A DNA stretch of 64,000 nt from positions 23,492-87,491 of the forward strand of contig DCIT01000003.1 of the NCBI GenBank assembly GCA_002317145.1. The letters run 5' to 3'. This DNA comes from Bacillales bacterium UBA1719. GTDB lineage: Bacteria; Bacillota_I; Bacilli_A; RFN20; CAG-826. Below, piece by piece: positions 23,098-32,969 of this stretch (positions within the stretch are counted from its first letter, which is position 1; the number at the start of each line of letters is the position of its first letter). A program made the translations under genes and the position numbers. The notes beneath the pieces are model-generated. The model ran no database searches. It was not told the origin of the DNA and saw only the letters and a list, made by a program, of their open reading frames with translations.

Positions 23098-23190
23098 ATT
23101 ATTGAGCCGTCATAAATAAGAACTATGAACCTGGTCAGGATAGAAATATAGCAGCCATAATTAGATCTCTTGTTGTATGGCGGTTTTATT
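23098..23190 (+). ncRNA. ffs: putative small (4.5S-type) signal recognition particle RNA
   Basis: Contains the domain IV consensus CCUGGUCAGG ... AGCAGCC (23130-23156). It is flanked by complementary arms gccgtcata (23106-23114) and tatggcggtt (23176-23185). It sits next to tadA, as scr does in Bacillus. Boundaries are approximate. Confidence 0.55.
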
Positions 23191-23194
23191 ATTT

Positions 23195-23644
23195 ATGAAC
23201 AACGATATTAAGTTTATGAAAGAAGCAATCAAAGAAGCTAAAAAAGCCTTTGATAAAAATGAAGTTCCGATAGGAGCAATTTTAGTTAAAAATAATAAAA
23301 TAATTGCACGTGCACATAATTTAAAAGAATATAAAAAAGATGTATGCGCACATGCAGAAATTTTAGCAATCAAAAAAGCCTCAAAAGTATTGAAAAATTG
23401 GCGCTTATTAGGCACAACGCTATATGTAACTTTAGAACCTTGTGCGATGTGTGCAGCAGCAATTAATCAAGCAAGAATTTCTCGTTTAGTTTTTGCTTTA
23501 GAAGATAAAAATAATGGAGCGGTAATTAACGGTCCAAAATTATATAAATTTAAAACTTGTAACTTACCGCCTGAAGTTAAATTTGGAATCTTAAAAGAAG
23601 AAAGCAAAGCTTTATTAACTAAATTTTTTATTAAGAAAAGATAA
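23195..23644 (+). CDS. tadA: tRNA-specific adenosine deaminase TadA
   Basis: CDA zinc motifs HAEILAI and PCAMCAAAI. The start is chosen at MNNDIKFMKEAI so it does not overlap the RNA. The ORF track starts at 23177. Confidence 0.88.
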   Translation: MNNDIKFMKEAIKEAKKAFDKNEVPIGAILVKNNKIIARAHNLKEYKKDVCAHAEILAIKKASKVLKNWRLLGTTLYVTLEPCAMCAAAINQARISRLVFALEDKNNGAVINGPKLYKFKTCNLPPEVKFGILKEESKALLTKFFIKKR

Positions 23645-23665
23645 CAAAAAAATTAAAATTTATAG

Positions 23666-23693
23666 TTGAAAATAGTTATTTTCAATATATAAT
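23666..23693 (+). promoter_or_regulatory. sigma70-like promoter (TTGAAA-16-TATAAT) overlapped by a perfect 9+9 bp palindrome, TTGAAAATA-gt-TATTTTCAA; candidate repressor operator
   Basis: Seen directly at 23666-23685. The -10 element is at 23688-23693. The ABC-transporter CDS starts 29 nt downstream. Confidence 0.5.
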
Positions 23694-23721
23694 AATTTTT
23701 CACATATAGGAGATTTTTGAT

Positions 23722-26700
23722 ATGTTGCGATTAGAACACATTGTTAAAAACTATCAAACAGGAAAAACAACTTTTCCTGCGTTAAAAGGTATCTCTTTAG
23801 CCTTCCGAAAAAACGAATTTGTTTCGATTTTAGGTCCTTCAGGTTGTGGTAAGACAACCCTTTTAAACATCATTGGCGGATTAGATAAATACACCAGTGG
23901 AGATCTTGTTATTGAAGGTCGTTCAACCAAAAATTACAAAGATCATGATTGGGACGTTTATCGTAATCACCGTATTGGTTTTATATTTCAATCATACAAT
24001 TTAATTCCTCACCAAAATATTTGTGAGAACGTTGAATTAGCGTTAACGATCTCCGGATATTCAAAAGAAGAGAAACGTAAAAAAGCTTTAGCAGCATTAG
24101 CGAAAGTTGGATTAAAGAAATCTTGGAAGAAAATGCCAAATCAACTTTCTGGTGGACAATGCCAAAGAGTTGCTATTGCTCGTGCATTAGTTAATGAACC
24201 AGATATTTTATTAGGTGATGAACCTACCGGAGCATTAGACTCAAAAACATCTGTTCAAGTAATGGAGTTAATCAAAAAGATAAGTAAGAAAACTCTTGTT
24301 ATCATGGTTACTCATAACCCTCCGTTAGCTGAGAAATATTCAACACGTATTATTTCTTTACTTGATGGTGTTGTTAAAAACGATACTAATCCATATAAAC
24401 TCGAAGAAGAAAAAAAAGAAAAGTATAAAACATTCGATGCAGTTAAAGTTGGAAAAGATGGAACTGTTAAACCAGATAAAGCCAAAATGTCTTTCTGGAG
24501 TTCATTCAAATTATCTGCAAAGAATTTAATTTCAAAAAGAAAAAGAACTGCAATGGTTATTGCTGCATCATCAATTGGTATTGTTGGCGTTTCTGCTGTT
24601 TTAGCGGTATCTACAGGTGTTAAGGGATACATAAAAAATACTGAAAAAGATATGCTATCTGGCAACCCGCTTTATGTTGGTGAAACTCAAATGGATTTAG
24701 TGAGCATTCTTCAAAATGTTTCTAATACACTTCAAAGACAAGCAATATCTGAATCGATAAAGCAAACAGGTCAAATTGATATTGAATTTATTACTGGAGC
24801 ATTAATCACTCAAGCTAAAGAAGGAATCTTAATTAGAAATGATATTAACGAAAATTATGTCAAGTTTGTAAATTATGGTAAAGATGTTTTAGGCGAATAT
24901 GAAACCGGTATCGCTGAAACTTTTGTTGATTATGGTTTTACTGCAGCAGACAATATTTACACTGATGCAGAGATTTTCGAACAAGATCCTGAGGTTGTTC
25001 CAATTGAACAGCAACAAAAATATATTTACTCTTTAAGTGGATTAAAAAATATTTACACAGGATTATTAGATACTATTGATACTGAAGATGGTACTGATTT
25101 TACTGCTTTAGCAAATATTGCTGCAAACTTCCCAAGTGTTGTTTATCAAGGATTAGATAATGTTCAATACCTACAAGAACAATACGATTTAGTGAGTTCA
25201 ACAAAACCTGGAAGTGTATTTACAAGTAGATGGCCAAAACAAATTAAAGAAGAAGAGGCTGGAACGGAAGGCCATGATTATGAATGCGTTATCGTTCTTA
25301 ATCGTAGAAAGAAATTAGCAGATTTAATTGTCGCTTTATCTGGATTATTATCAGAAGAACAATTCATGAAATGTATTAACGAATTCTTAAAAAAAGAACC
25401 AGATCAATCTGTTATTGATGAAATAGCAAAAATTGCAGTTAGTAAAATCGCAAACAAAAGTTTTTATTACATTCCAAACGGAAAGATAGGACATGAAGGT
25501 GCTTTTAAAGCGAATAAGCCAGATGGAACCAACTATGATAAATTAAAACCTTTTAATTACAATTATAAATTCAAAGTTAATAATAATGAGACGTTTACAT
25601 CAGAGCAAGATGATGGCACTACAATATCGGTAGGTGCTGATAGTGATGTTACTACCGCCAAACGTATAAAAGTTGTTGGAATCATTACTCCAAAAGAAGG
25701 AAGAAATTACGGTTCATTAAATTCTGGAATTTATTTTCAATCTGATCTTGCAAACAAAATAATGAAAGATGCAGGATCAACAGAAACTGTAGATGATGAA
25801 AAGAATAGTGAAATATACAATGTGATGGTTGATTCTAAAAGATGGTTAGGTGGCAGCGAACCTAATGATCCAATCTATTGTTTATCTTACAAAGGATTTG
25901 CCAACGATATTCGTATTGATGCAACTAAAGAAGAAGGCGCGGCAGGCAAAATACTTCCAGGAAGCAGAGGATTATATTATCCTTTAAATTTCTATAAAGT
26001 TTTCTATGATGGAGCTCAAAGAAAAACAAAACCTGTTCAAACTTATGGCACTGTTGGTAGCTCAGCTAGTATATCAAAAATACCTGATGAAACAGGCAAA
26101 AAAACTGCTGAATTAGAGATTACATCGAGTTTAACTACTAGAAGTATATCTGGAAGAAAATTAGTAATAAGTTCTGATAAAAATGACGCTAAAGTTAAAT
26201 ATAGACAAATTCCATATCGCATAAGTGTTTATTCAAGAGATTTTGATACTAAAACTAAAGCCAAAGCTTATCTTGATAAATGGAATCAAAAAGGCGATGT
26301 TAGAATTGGTACACAACCTGGAGACATTGTACCTGAAAATCAAAGAAGCAAAGTAACTGTTCCGGATAACTTAACAATCGTAATTGCAATGATTAATGGA
26401 ATCATTACAACTACAACAATTTCTTTAACGATATTCGCTTCGTTATCGTTAGTTGTCTCTTCAGTTATGATTGGAATTATTACTTATATTTCAGTTATGG
26501 AACGTATTAAAGAAATTGGAGTTATCCGTTCTTTAGGTGGACGTAAGAAAGACGTCTCACACTTGTTCAATGCTGAAACATTTATTATTGGTACAGCATC
26601 AGGATTATTTGGTGTTGTTATAACTTATATTCTTGAATTGATATTAGACGTATCAATATATGCAGCGTATAAGATTCCAATGATTGCAAACTTAAAATGG

Positions 26701-26814
26701 TGGACGGCATTGTTAATGATTATCTTATCAATTGTATTAACTGCAATTTCAGGATTAATTCCTGCTAGAAGTGCCGCAAATAAAGATCCAGTTGTAGCGT
26801 TAAGAAGCGAGTAA
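23722..26814 (+). CDS. MacB-like fused ABC transporter: N-terminal ATPase, ~600 aa extracytoplasmic domain and C-terminal FtsX-type permease
   Basis: Walker A GPSGCGKTT, signature LSGGQCQRVAIARAL, Walker B ILLGDEPTGALD, and a C-terminal 4-TM FtsX-like region. 1030 aa. Confidence 0.85.
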   Translation: MLRLEHIVKNYQTGKTTFPALKGISLAFRKNEFVSILGPSGCGKTTLLNIIGGLDKYTSGDLVIEGRSTKNYKDHDWDVYRNHRIGFIFQSYNLIPHQNICENVELALTISGYSKEEKRKKALAALAKVGLKKSWKKMPNQLSGGQCQRVAIARALVNEPDILLGDEPTGALDSKTSVQVMELIKKISKKTLVIMVTHNPPLAEKYSTRIISLLDGVVKNDTNPYKLEEEKKEKYKTFDAVKVGKDGTVKPDKAKMSFWSSFKLSAKNLISKRKRTAMVIAASSIGIVGVSAVLAVSTGVKGYIKNTEKDMLSGNPLYVGETQMDLVSILQNVSNTLQRQAISESIKQTGQIDIEFITGALITQAKEGILIRNDINENYVKFVNYGKDVLGEYETGIAETFVDYGFTAADNIYTDAEIFEQDPEVVPIEQQQKYIYSLSGLKNIYTGLLDTIDTEDGTDFTALANIAANFPSVVYQGLDNVQYLQEQYDLVSSTKPGSVFTSRWPKQIKEEEAGTEGHDYECVIVLNRRKKLADLIVALSGLLSEEQFMKCINEFLKKEPDQSVIDEIAKIAVSKIANKSFYYIPNGKIGHEGAFKANKPDGTNYDKLKPFNYNYKFKVNNNETFTSEQDDGTTISVGADSDVTTAKRIKVVGIITPKEGRNYGSLNSGIYFQSDLANKIMKDAGSTETVDDEKNSEIYNVMVDSKRWLGGSEPNDPIYCLSYKGFANDIRIDATKEEGAAGKILPGSRGLYYPLNFYKVFYDGAQRKTKPVQTYGTVGSSASISKIPDETGKKTAELEITSSLTTRSISGRKLVISSDKNDAKVKYRQIPYRISVYSRDFDTKTKAKAYLDKWNQKGDVRIGTQPGDIVPENQRSKVTVPDNLTIVIAMINGIITTTTISLTIFASLSLVVSSVMIGIITYISVMERIKEIGVIRSLGGRKKDVSHLFNAETFIIGTASGLFGVVITYILELILDVSIYAAYKIPMIANLKWWTALLMIILSIVLTAISGLIPARSAANKDPVVALRSE

Positions 26815-26820
26815 GGAGTT

Positions 26821-29280
26821 ATGATATTTTCAAGAAAGAAAGCTAAAGACATAAATAAATTAATTAAGAAAGCTCCTGTTTTTATTCCGACTATTGAAAG
26901 AGGATTAAATGATGAACAAATTAATTCTCGTATAGAAGATGGTCTTGTTAATAAAACTGAAAAGACTGTTACAAAGAGTTATTTTGAAATTATATTTAAA
27001 AATGTTTTCTCGATCTTGAATATTATTTTATTCGCGATTGCTATTACAATGATTGTATTTAAACAATATAAAAACTTATTATTTTTAGTTATCTTATCTG
27101 TTAATATCGCTATTAGCTTAGTGCAAGATATTAAAGCGCGTAGATTGGTTGATAAACTATCGTTAATCTCTAATCCTCGTGCGACAGTAGTAAGAAACGC
27201 TAAAGAAAGCGCAGTACCTTTTAATGAAATAGTATTATCAGATATTATTGTATTAAAAGCTGGTAATACAATTCCTTGTGATGGAGTTGTTGTACATGGT
27301 GAGATAAGCGTTAATGAATCATTATTATCAGGTGAAAACAATGATGTTAAGAAATTTGTTAAATCAAAAGTATATGCAGAATCTGTTGTCACTAGCGGTA
27401 TCGCTCATATAAGGGTAGAGAAAGTAGGTAAAGCTAATTATGTTGCGACTCTTCAAGAGAAAGCTAAATCATTCTCTCGTCCTAAGAGTGAAATATTAAC
27501 TTCTTTATCTAGTTTTATTAAGATTATTTCTATTGCTGCAGTGGCGATTGGTATATCTGAAATAGCGACATATTTATTCTTAAAACAACCAGTAGATGAA
27601 GCAGTTAAATCAATGACTTCTTCTGTTGTAGCAATGATTCCAATCGGAATGTATTTAATGACTTCTATTACTTTAACAGTAGGAGTTATTCTTTTAGCAA
27701 GAAAGAGAATATTAGTTAGAGAACTATACTCAATTGAAATGCTTGCTAGAGTAAATGTATTATGTGTTGATAAAACTGGAACATTAACTGATGGAAAGAT
27801 GAAAGTTGATTGTTTAATTCCTTTCCCTGGTCATAACAATATTGAATTAGAAGATTTAATAGCAGGTATCTTATCTACAACTAAAGACGATAACTTAACC
27901 GCTAAAGCGTTAAAAGAAAAGTTTTCACCTAGAACAATTTTAGGTCCTGTTACGGCAATACCATTCAATAGTGCTAGAAAATATAGTGCAGTATCTTATC
28001 AAGGTATTTCCTATGTAATGGGCGCATTTGGTTTTTTTGATATCACTAATGAAGATGATGTAAATAAAGAAGTTAAAAAATATGAAGCATTAGGACGTCG
28101 TGTATTAGTGCTCGCTAAAGGTAGAGGCAATATTTATGAGAATAAATTACCTGGTAGATTAACAGCAATAGGATTAATTGCATTAGAAGAAAATTTAAAA
28201 CCAGATGCAATTAAAAATATTGAATGGTTTAAGAATAACGATGTTTCTATTCGTATTATATCTGGTGATAGTTTATTATCACTTCAAAATATCGCAAAAC
28301 GCGTAGGTGTTGAAGGATATGAGAAAGCTATTTCATTAGAAGACTTATCAGATGAAGAAGTTAAAGAAGCTGCACATAAACATTGCATATTCGCTCGCGT
28401 TAGCCCAGATCAAAAGAAAATAATTATAGAAGAATTACGTAAAAACAATTGTGTAGCAATGGTTGGTGATGGTGTTAATGATTTACTTGCATTAAAATCC
28501 GCTGATTGCTCAATTGCGATGGCTAGTGGATCTGACGCTGCTAAAGCTGTATCACACTTAGTATCACTTGATTCTAACTTCTCTTCCTTACCTAACGTTG
28601 TTGAGCAAGGAAGAAGAGTTATTAATAACTTACAACGTGTTAGCTCAATATTCTTAGTTAAGACAATATTTGCTATTACGTTATCAACAGTATTCTTAGT
28701 CTTATCTTGGTTTGACCATGATATTCGCTATCCATTCGCTGCTCCTAACTTATATATATGGGAACTTATAACAATCGGAGCCGCTCCATTCTTCGTTGCT
28801 CTTGAGCCTAATAAAGATCGTATTAAAGGTAAATTCATGGTTAACGTTGTTAGAGAATCTGTACCGGCTGCATTTATGCAATTATTATTGTGCGGAATAA
28901 TGTTTGTTGCTACAACGATTAGCAGTAAATATTTCCCACGTACATCATCTATTTCAATGGCGGTTATATTAATCACAGTAATGAGTTTAGTTATCTTCTT
29001 AAAAGTTTGCATGCCACTTAATAAATTTAGAGGCACAGTTGTTATTGTTGCCACTATCTTTGTAGCGGGTTTATTATTAGGTGATTATTATTTAGCAACA
29101 AAGTTTGGACACGAATTCTTTGATATTAGTTTTAGTTCAATTAATACTGCGACATTATTGTTAGGATTAATATCATTTATTGCTGCAATGCCGGTATATT
29201 TCTTGGTCTCATATGCATTGAATAAACTTTTAGTTAAATTACGTAATAGGAAGAACAATGAGCAAGCAAGAAATAATTAA
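26821..29280 (+). CDS. P-type cation-transporting ATPase (type II, Ca2+/Mg2+-like)
   Basis: Phosphorylation motif DKTGTLT, hinge GDGVNDLLALKSAD, 8-10 TM, 819 aa. Confidence 0.88.
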   Translation: MIFSRKKAKDINKLIKKAPVFIPTIERGLNDEQINSRIEDGLVNKTEKTVTKSYFEIIFKNVFSILNIILFAIAITMIVFKQYKNLLFLVILSVNIAISLVQDIKARRLVDKLSLISNPRATVVRNAKESAVPFNEIVLSDIIVLKAGNTIPCDGVVVHGEISVNESLLSGENNDVKKFVKSKVYAESVVTSGIAHIRVEKVGKANYVATLQEKAKSFSRPKSEILTSLSSFIKIISIAAVAIGISEIATYLFLKQPVDEAVKSMTSSVVAMIPIGMYLMTSITLTVGVILLARKRILVRELYSIEMLARVNVLCVDKTGTLTDGKMKVDCLIPFPGHNNIELEDLIAGILSTTKDDNLTAKALKEKFSPRTILGPVTAIPFNSARKYSAVSYQGISYVMGAFGFFDITNEDDVNKEVKKYEALGRRVLVLAKGRGNIYENKLPGRLTAIGLIALEENLKPDAIKNIEWFKNNDVSIRIISGDSLLSLQNIAKRVGVEGYEKAISLEDLSDEEVKEAAHKHCIFARVSPDQKKIIIEELRKNNCVAMVGDGVNDLLALKSADCSIAMASGSDAAKAVSHLVSLDSNFSSLPNVVEQGRRVINNLQRVSSIFLVKTIFAITLSTVFLVLSWFDHDIRYPFAAPNLYIWELITIGAAPFFVALEPNKDRIKGKFMVNVVRESVPAAFMQLLLCGIMFVATTISSKYFPRTSSISMAVILITVMSLVIFLKVCMPLNKFRGTVVIVATIFVAGLLLGDYYLATKFGHEFFDISFSSINTATLLLGLISFIAAMPVYFLVSYALNKLLVKLRNRKNNEQARNN

Positions 29281-29809
29281 AGCGACATTAAAAAAATTAA
29301 TAGACAGCTACTCATTAAAAGATATTACTGTTCAATTAATTTGTAAGGAAAGCGGAATTAATCGCCAAACTTTTTATTATCACTATAAAGATATTAATGA
29401 TGTATTAAATGATTATTTCTTAAATATTCATATAGATGGATTAGAAAGTGCGACTAACTGGTCTACATTAATCCATGCTGTATTAGTGTATGCAGGTAAG
29501 AATAGACAATTAATATTAAAAGCTTTAAAAAGTAACAATTATAATGCTGTTGAAAACTTTTTTAATGATAAGTTATATAAAAAAGGTTTACACTTTATTC
29601 AAGAAGCTTATGGAAATGAGCTTGATAAAGGTGATATAAACGAAGTCGCTAAATTAATGAGTGATTCATTATCAAGAGAGATATGTCGTTTATTGTCTAA
29701 CCCATCAGAGTTATCGATATCTGCGATAGAAGAGAATATCTCAAAGACATTCGATGGTGTGTTAGATTTAATATGTGAAAACAAAAAGAAAAAGAGAGGA
29801 AATAAATAA
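29258..29809 (+). CDS. TetR/AcrR-family transcriptional regulator (DhaS-like N-terminal HTH)
   Basis: N-terminal HTH ...ITVQLICKESGINRQTFYYHYKDINDV, 183 aa. Overlaps the preceding CDS by 23 nt. Confidence 0.72.
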   Translation: MSKQEIIKATLKKLIDSYSLKDITVQLICKESGINRQTFYYHYKDINDVLNDYFLNIHIDGLESATNWSTLIHAVLVYAGKNRQLILKALKSNNYNAVENFFNDKLYKKGLHFIQEAYGNELDKGDINEVAKLMSDSLSREICRLLSNPSELSISAIEENISKTFDGVLDLICENKKKKRGNK

Positions 29810-30963
29810 TGAAAAAAGAAGATGGAATTAGTTTAATAGTCTACGCTATTATGATTGGCGCAGCTTTTATTGTAGGATTTACTGTATTAAAACCACTGAT
29901 TGAAAAAGCAACAGGGTTTGGATTTGGTTTTACGATTTTATATATTCTTATCGCGATTCTAATTAATGTAATTGTTTTTGAATGCGCACATGTAATAGGC
30001 GCAAAAATCGGAGGATATAAAATAATATCCTTTAATATAATAGGATTATGTTTATATCGAAAAGAGAATAAATGGAAATTTAAATTTGCGAATTTTGATG
30101 GAATTACAGGTGAAACAAAAATTTGTCCTAAAAAAGAAAACGCTTCTCCTAAACCATATGCATTCGGACCTTTATTCGCATATATATTAATAGTAATAAT
30201 ATGTATGACTACATACTTTATTTTATCTAACGCTATTAATGAATCCGGCACTAGTCGTGTTCAAGTTAATGTTCAATTGTTAAGAATAATTAATATATTA
30301 ATGATAATGATTGTTACTGTTGGTGGAATGCTTACTTTATATAATATATTCCCAGCAAAACTAGATTCGACTACTGATGGATATCGTTTAGTGATATTAA
30401 GTAAGAAACAAAATTTAAAAGCTTATAACGAATTACTTAGAATTGAAGGTGCTTATGCTAACAACACTAAGTTAGATAACATGTTAGTGTTTGATGAAAT
30501 TACTGATTTCACTAGTGTTGTTAATTTATACACAATCTATAAATATTTAGAAGAAGGCAAGATTCATGAGGCAAGTGCGTTACTTGATAACATTATCAAT
30601 AACAGAACAAAAGTTAGCAAAGCAACATACTGTTCAGCATTAGCGCAAAAGATGTATTTAGTTTTAATGCATGAAGATTTTGAAATTGCAAAAAAATATT
30701 ATGAAAATCATGTTAAACAAGAAGAAAGAAGATTCATTAGTAATGACTTATCTATGCAATCAATAAGAGCATATCTTCTTATTTCTTCAATGTTAGATAT
30801 CTCTGAACATGAAGCTAGATATGCAATGAATAGATCTTCTAAAGCATTAAAAAGAACCTTACCTGGAAGAGTTGAGATTGAAAAGAAATTATATGAAGAA
30901 GCTTTGAATAAAGTTGATACTGTGAGACCTGAATGGCATATTAAAGAGAAAGAAGTTAAGTAA
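29809..30963 (+). CDS. hypothetical membrane protein: N-terminal ~5 TM plus C-terminal ~190 aa helical soluble domain
   Basis: 384 aa. Its start overlaps the TetR stop by 1 nt. No confident family assignment. Confidence 0.5.
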   Translation: MKKEDGISLIVYAIMIGAAFIVGFTVLKPLIEKATGFGFGFTILYILIAILINVIVFECAHVIGAKIGGYKIISFNIIGLCLYRKENKWKFKFANFDGITGETKICPKKENASPKPYAFGPLFAYILIVIICMTTYFILSNAINESGTSRVQVNVQLLRIINILMIMIVTVGGMLTLYNIFPAKLDSTTDGYRLVILSKKQNLKAYNELLRIEGAYANNTKLDNMLVFDEITDFTSVVNLYTIYKYLEEGKIHEASALLDNIINNRTKVSKATYCSALAQKMYLVLMHEDFEIAKKYYENHVKQEERRFISNDLSMQSIRAYLLISSMLDISEHEARYAMNRSSKALKRTLPGRVEIEKKLYEEALNKVDTVRPEWHIKEKEVK

Positions 30964-30964
30964 T

Positions 30965-31666
30965 ATGGCAAAAGAAGAAAAGAAAGAAAAAGCTAGTGAA
31001 GCTAAGAAAAAAAGAAAAAATAAAATAGGTAAAACTTGGCAAGAATTTAAAAAGTTTATTAATCGTGGCAATGTCGTTGACATGTCAATCGGTGTTGTTA
31101 TCGGTTCTGCTTTTGGAGCGATTGTAACAGCAGTTACTAATATCTTCTTAAGTGTTGCAACTTGGGGTGTCCCAGGAGGCTTAAAAGGCTTAATAACTGT
31201 ATTACCTGCGGCTTCAGATGCTCAAGCGGGTATAACAGGAATCGGGCAATCATTTCTTTCCGCGAAATTAAACGATTTTGCTGAAATGTTATATAAACAA
31301 GGTGGCTATTCATCTATCTCTGATGCTAGAAGTGCTATTACAAGCAAATATACATTGCATGGTGGAACTTATGTTTTTAATGGTGCAGCAATTATCGATT
31401 GGGGAACCTTAATAAATACCATTCTTACATTTATCGTTATTGCTTTAGTCTTATTTATTATTCTTAAGACAATTGCTAAATTAAATGCTATGCGCGAAGA
31501 TGCTAAAAAGAAACTTCAAGAAGAATACTATAAGAAGCATCCTGATGAGAGACCTGCTCCAGTAGATCCGAAAGCACCAGAACCAACAGAAAAAGAATTA
31601 TTGAAAGATATTTTAAAAGAATTGAAGATTCAAAACGGAACTTATAAAGATCCTAAAAAGAAATAG
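30965..31666 (+). CDS. mscL: large-conductance mechanosensitive channel MscL, unusually long (233 aa) with a Lys-rich N-terminal extension, an enlarged loop and a C-terminal tail
   Basis: MscL TM1 signature FKKFINRGNVVDMSIGVVIGSAFGAIV, then a second TM and a C-terminal helix. Confidence 0.8.
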   Translation: MAKEEKKEKASEAKKKRKNKIGKTWQEFKKFINRGNVVDMSIGVVIGSAFGAIVTAVTNIFLSVATWGVPGGLKGLITVLPAASDAQAGITGIGQSFLSAKLNDFAEMLYKQGGYSSISDARSAITSKYTLHGGTYVFNGAAIIDWGTLINTILTFIVIALVLFIILKTIAKLNAMREDAKKKLQEEYYKKHPDERPAPVDPKAPEPTEKELLKDILKELKIQNGTYKDPKKK

Positions 31667-32969
31667 AAACGTTATTTAAATAAATACAAGGAGCAAAGAC
31701 GTCGGATTTAATATATTCAACGTTTTTGCTTATATCTTTAACGTTTTTAAATATATTAAATAAGTTATCACTAATCGTCATCATATCTAATGGTTTAGTA
31801 ATTTTGCCATTCTCTAAAATCATTCCTTCACATTTTAATGAGAAGTTGCCATTTTGAGCATTCATTCCAGCGTGGAGGCCTTCTAAATGATTGATATAAA
31901 TACCGTTTTTAATTTTATTAAAGAAATCTCTTCTTCTTAATTTACCTGGCTTAAGAAATAATGCAGCGTGGGCACCTATTCCAATCTTAGATCCGGTTAG
32001 ACTAGCATGTCCGTTAGATTGTACTTTAAATGCTTTTGCAGTTTCTAAGTTATGTAGATATGTTTTAAGTTTTCCGTTTTTAATTAAATCGATGTTTTGT
32101 GTTGGTACACCTTGATCATCAGAGTTAACGAAATCAATTGTATGTTTTAAAGGAGATTCAAAAATTGTGACTAATGGGCTTGCAACATTTTTATTTAATT
32201 TATTTTTAAACCATGATGAATTCTTTAAAACCAATTCAGCGTTTAATTGAGACACATAAGATGATAATAATTCTGCAGTAACTTCTGGAGCGAATATAAC
32301 ATTATATTTTTTACTCTTTAATTGAACTGGATGTAACTTCTTTAAAGCATGTTTAGTAGCTTCTTTTACAAATTCATCAATATTGAATTTAGCGAAATCA
32401 TTATTAATAAACATTTCGTTATGAACTTTAGTTTCGTCGTTTTCTTTAATAACTATTTCAGCTGAAAATACATAATAATTATATTTATTTGTTGTCTTAA
32501 TTCCGCTGGTGTTTTGATATTCATGAGACACTTCTTTTTCATCATAACCAACTTGTATTTCTGTAAAACGTTTATCAGCTTTTTTCAGCCTTTTTTCAAT
32601 TTCAAATATTGTATCTATTTTCTTTTTAATAGGATAAGTTCCTAATTTATTATTGAAATGTTCGTATTGTTCGTATTTAGATTTTTTCTTATAAATTAAT
32701 GCACCTTTTTTATGTGTATATTTAGAAGTCTCAATAAGATCTTCAATTAATTTATCAATACTTTCGTTAGATAAATTTTCAGTTGTGGACATCACTAATT
32801 TGCCATCAATAATTGCATCAACAGTGATTAAACTGGTTGTGTGAGTAGTGTAGTTATTTAATTCACCTTTAAACACTTCTAAAGAGAATGCTGAAGATGT
32901 TATGCAACGATATTCGGCATCGTTTATCTTTTTCTTTTTTAACTTAAGGAAAAACGTTTTTGCATTCAT
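31653..32969 (-). CDS. pmbA: TldE/PmbA family metalloprotease subunit
   Basis: 438 aa PmbA_TldD fold, adjacent to and 4 nt overlapping tldD. Confidence 0.82.
   Translation of the reverse strand: MNAKTFFLKLKKKKINDAEYRCITSSAFSLEVFKGELNNYTTHTTSLITVDAIIDGKLVMSTTENLSNESIDKLIEDLIETSKYTHKKGALIYKKKSKYEQYEHFNNKLGTYPIKKKIDTIFEIEKRLKKADKRFTEIQVGYDEKEVSHEYQNTSGIKTTNKYNYYVFSAEIVIKENDETKVHNEMFINNDFAKFNIDEFVKEATKHALKKLHPVQLKSKKYNVIFAPEVTAELLSSYVSQLNAELVLKNSSWFKNKLNKNVASPLVTIFESPLKHTIDFVNSDDQGVPTQNIDLIKNGKLKTYLHNLETAKAFKVQSNGHASLTGSKIGIGAHAALFLKPGKLRRRDFFNKIKNGIYINHLEGLHAGMNAQNGNFSLKCEGMILENGKITKPLDMMTISDNLFNIFKNVKDISKNVEYIKSDVFAPCIYLNNVSISF

Noticed and set aside
23161-23415. 84 aa minus-strand ORF
   Set aside because: It overlaps the putative SRP RNA and is antisense to tadA, so it is almost certainly spurious.
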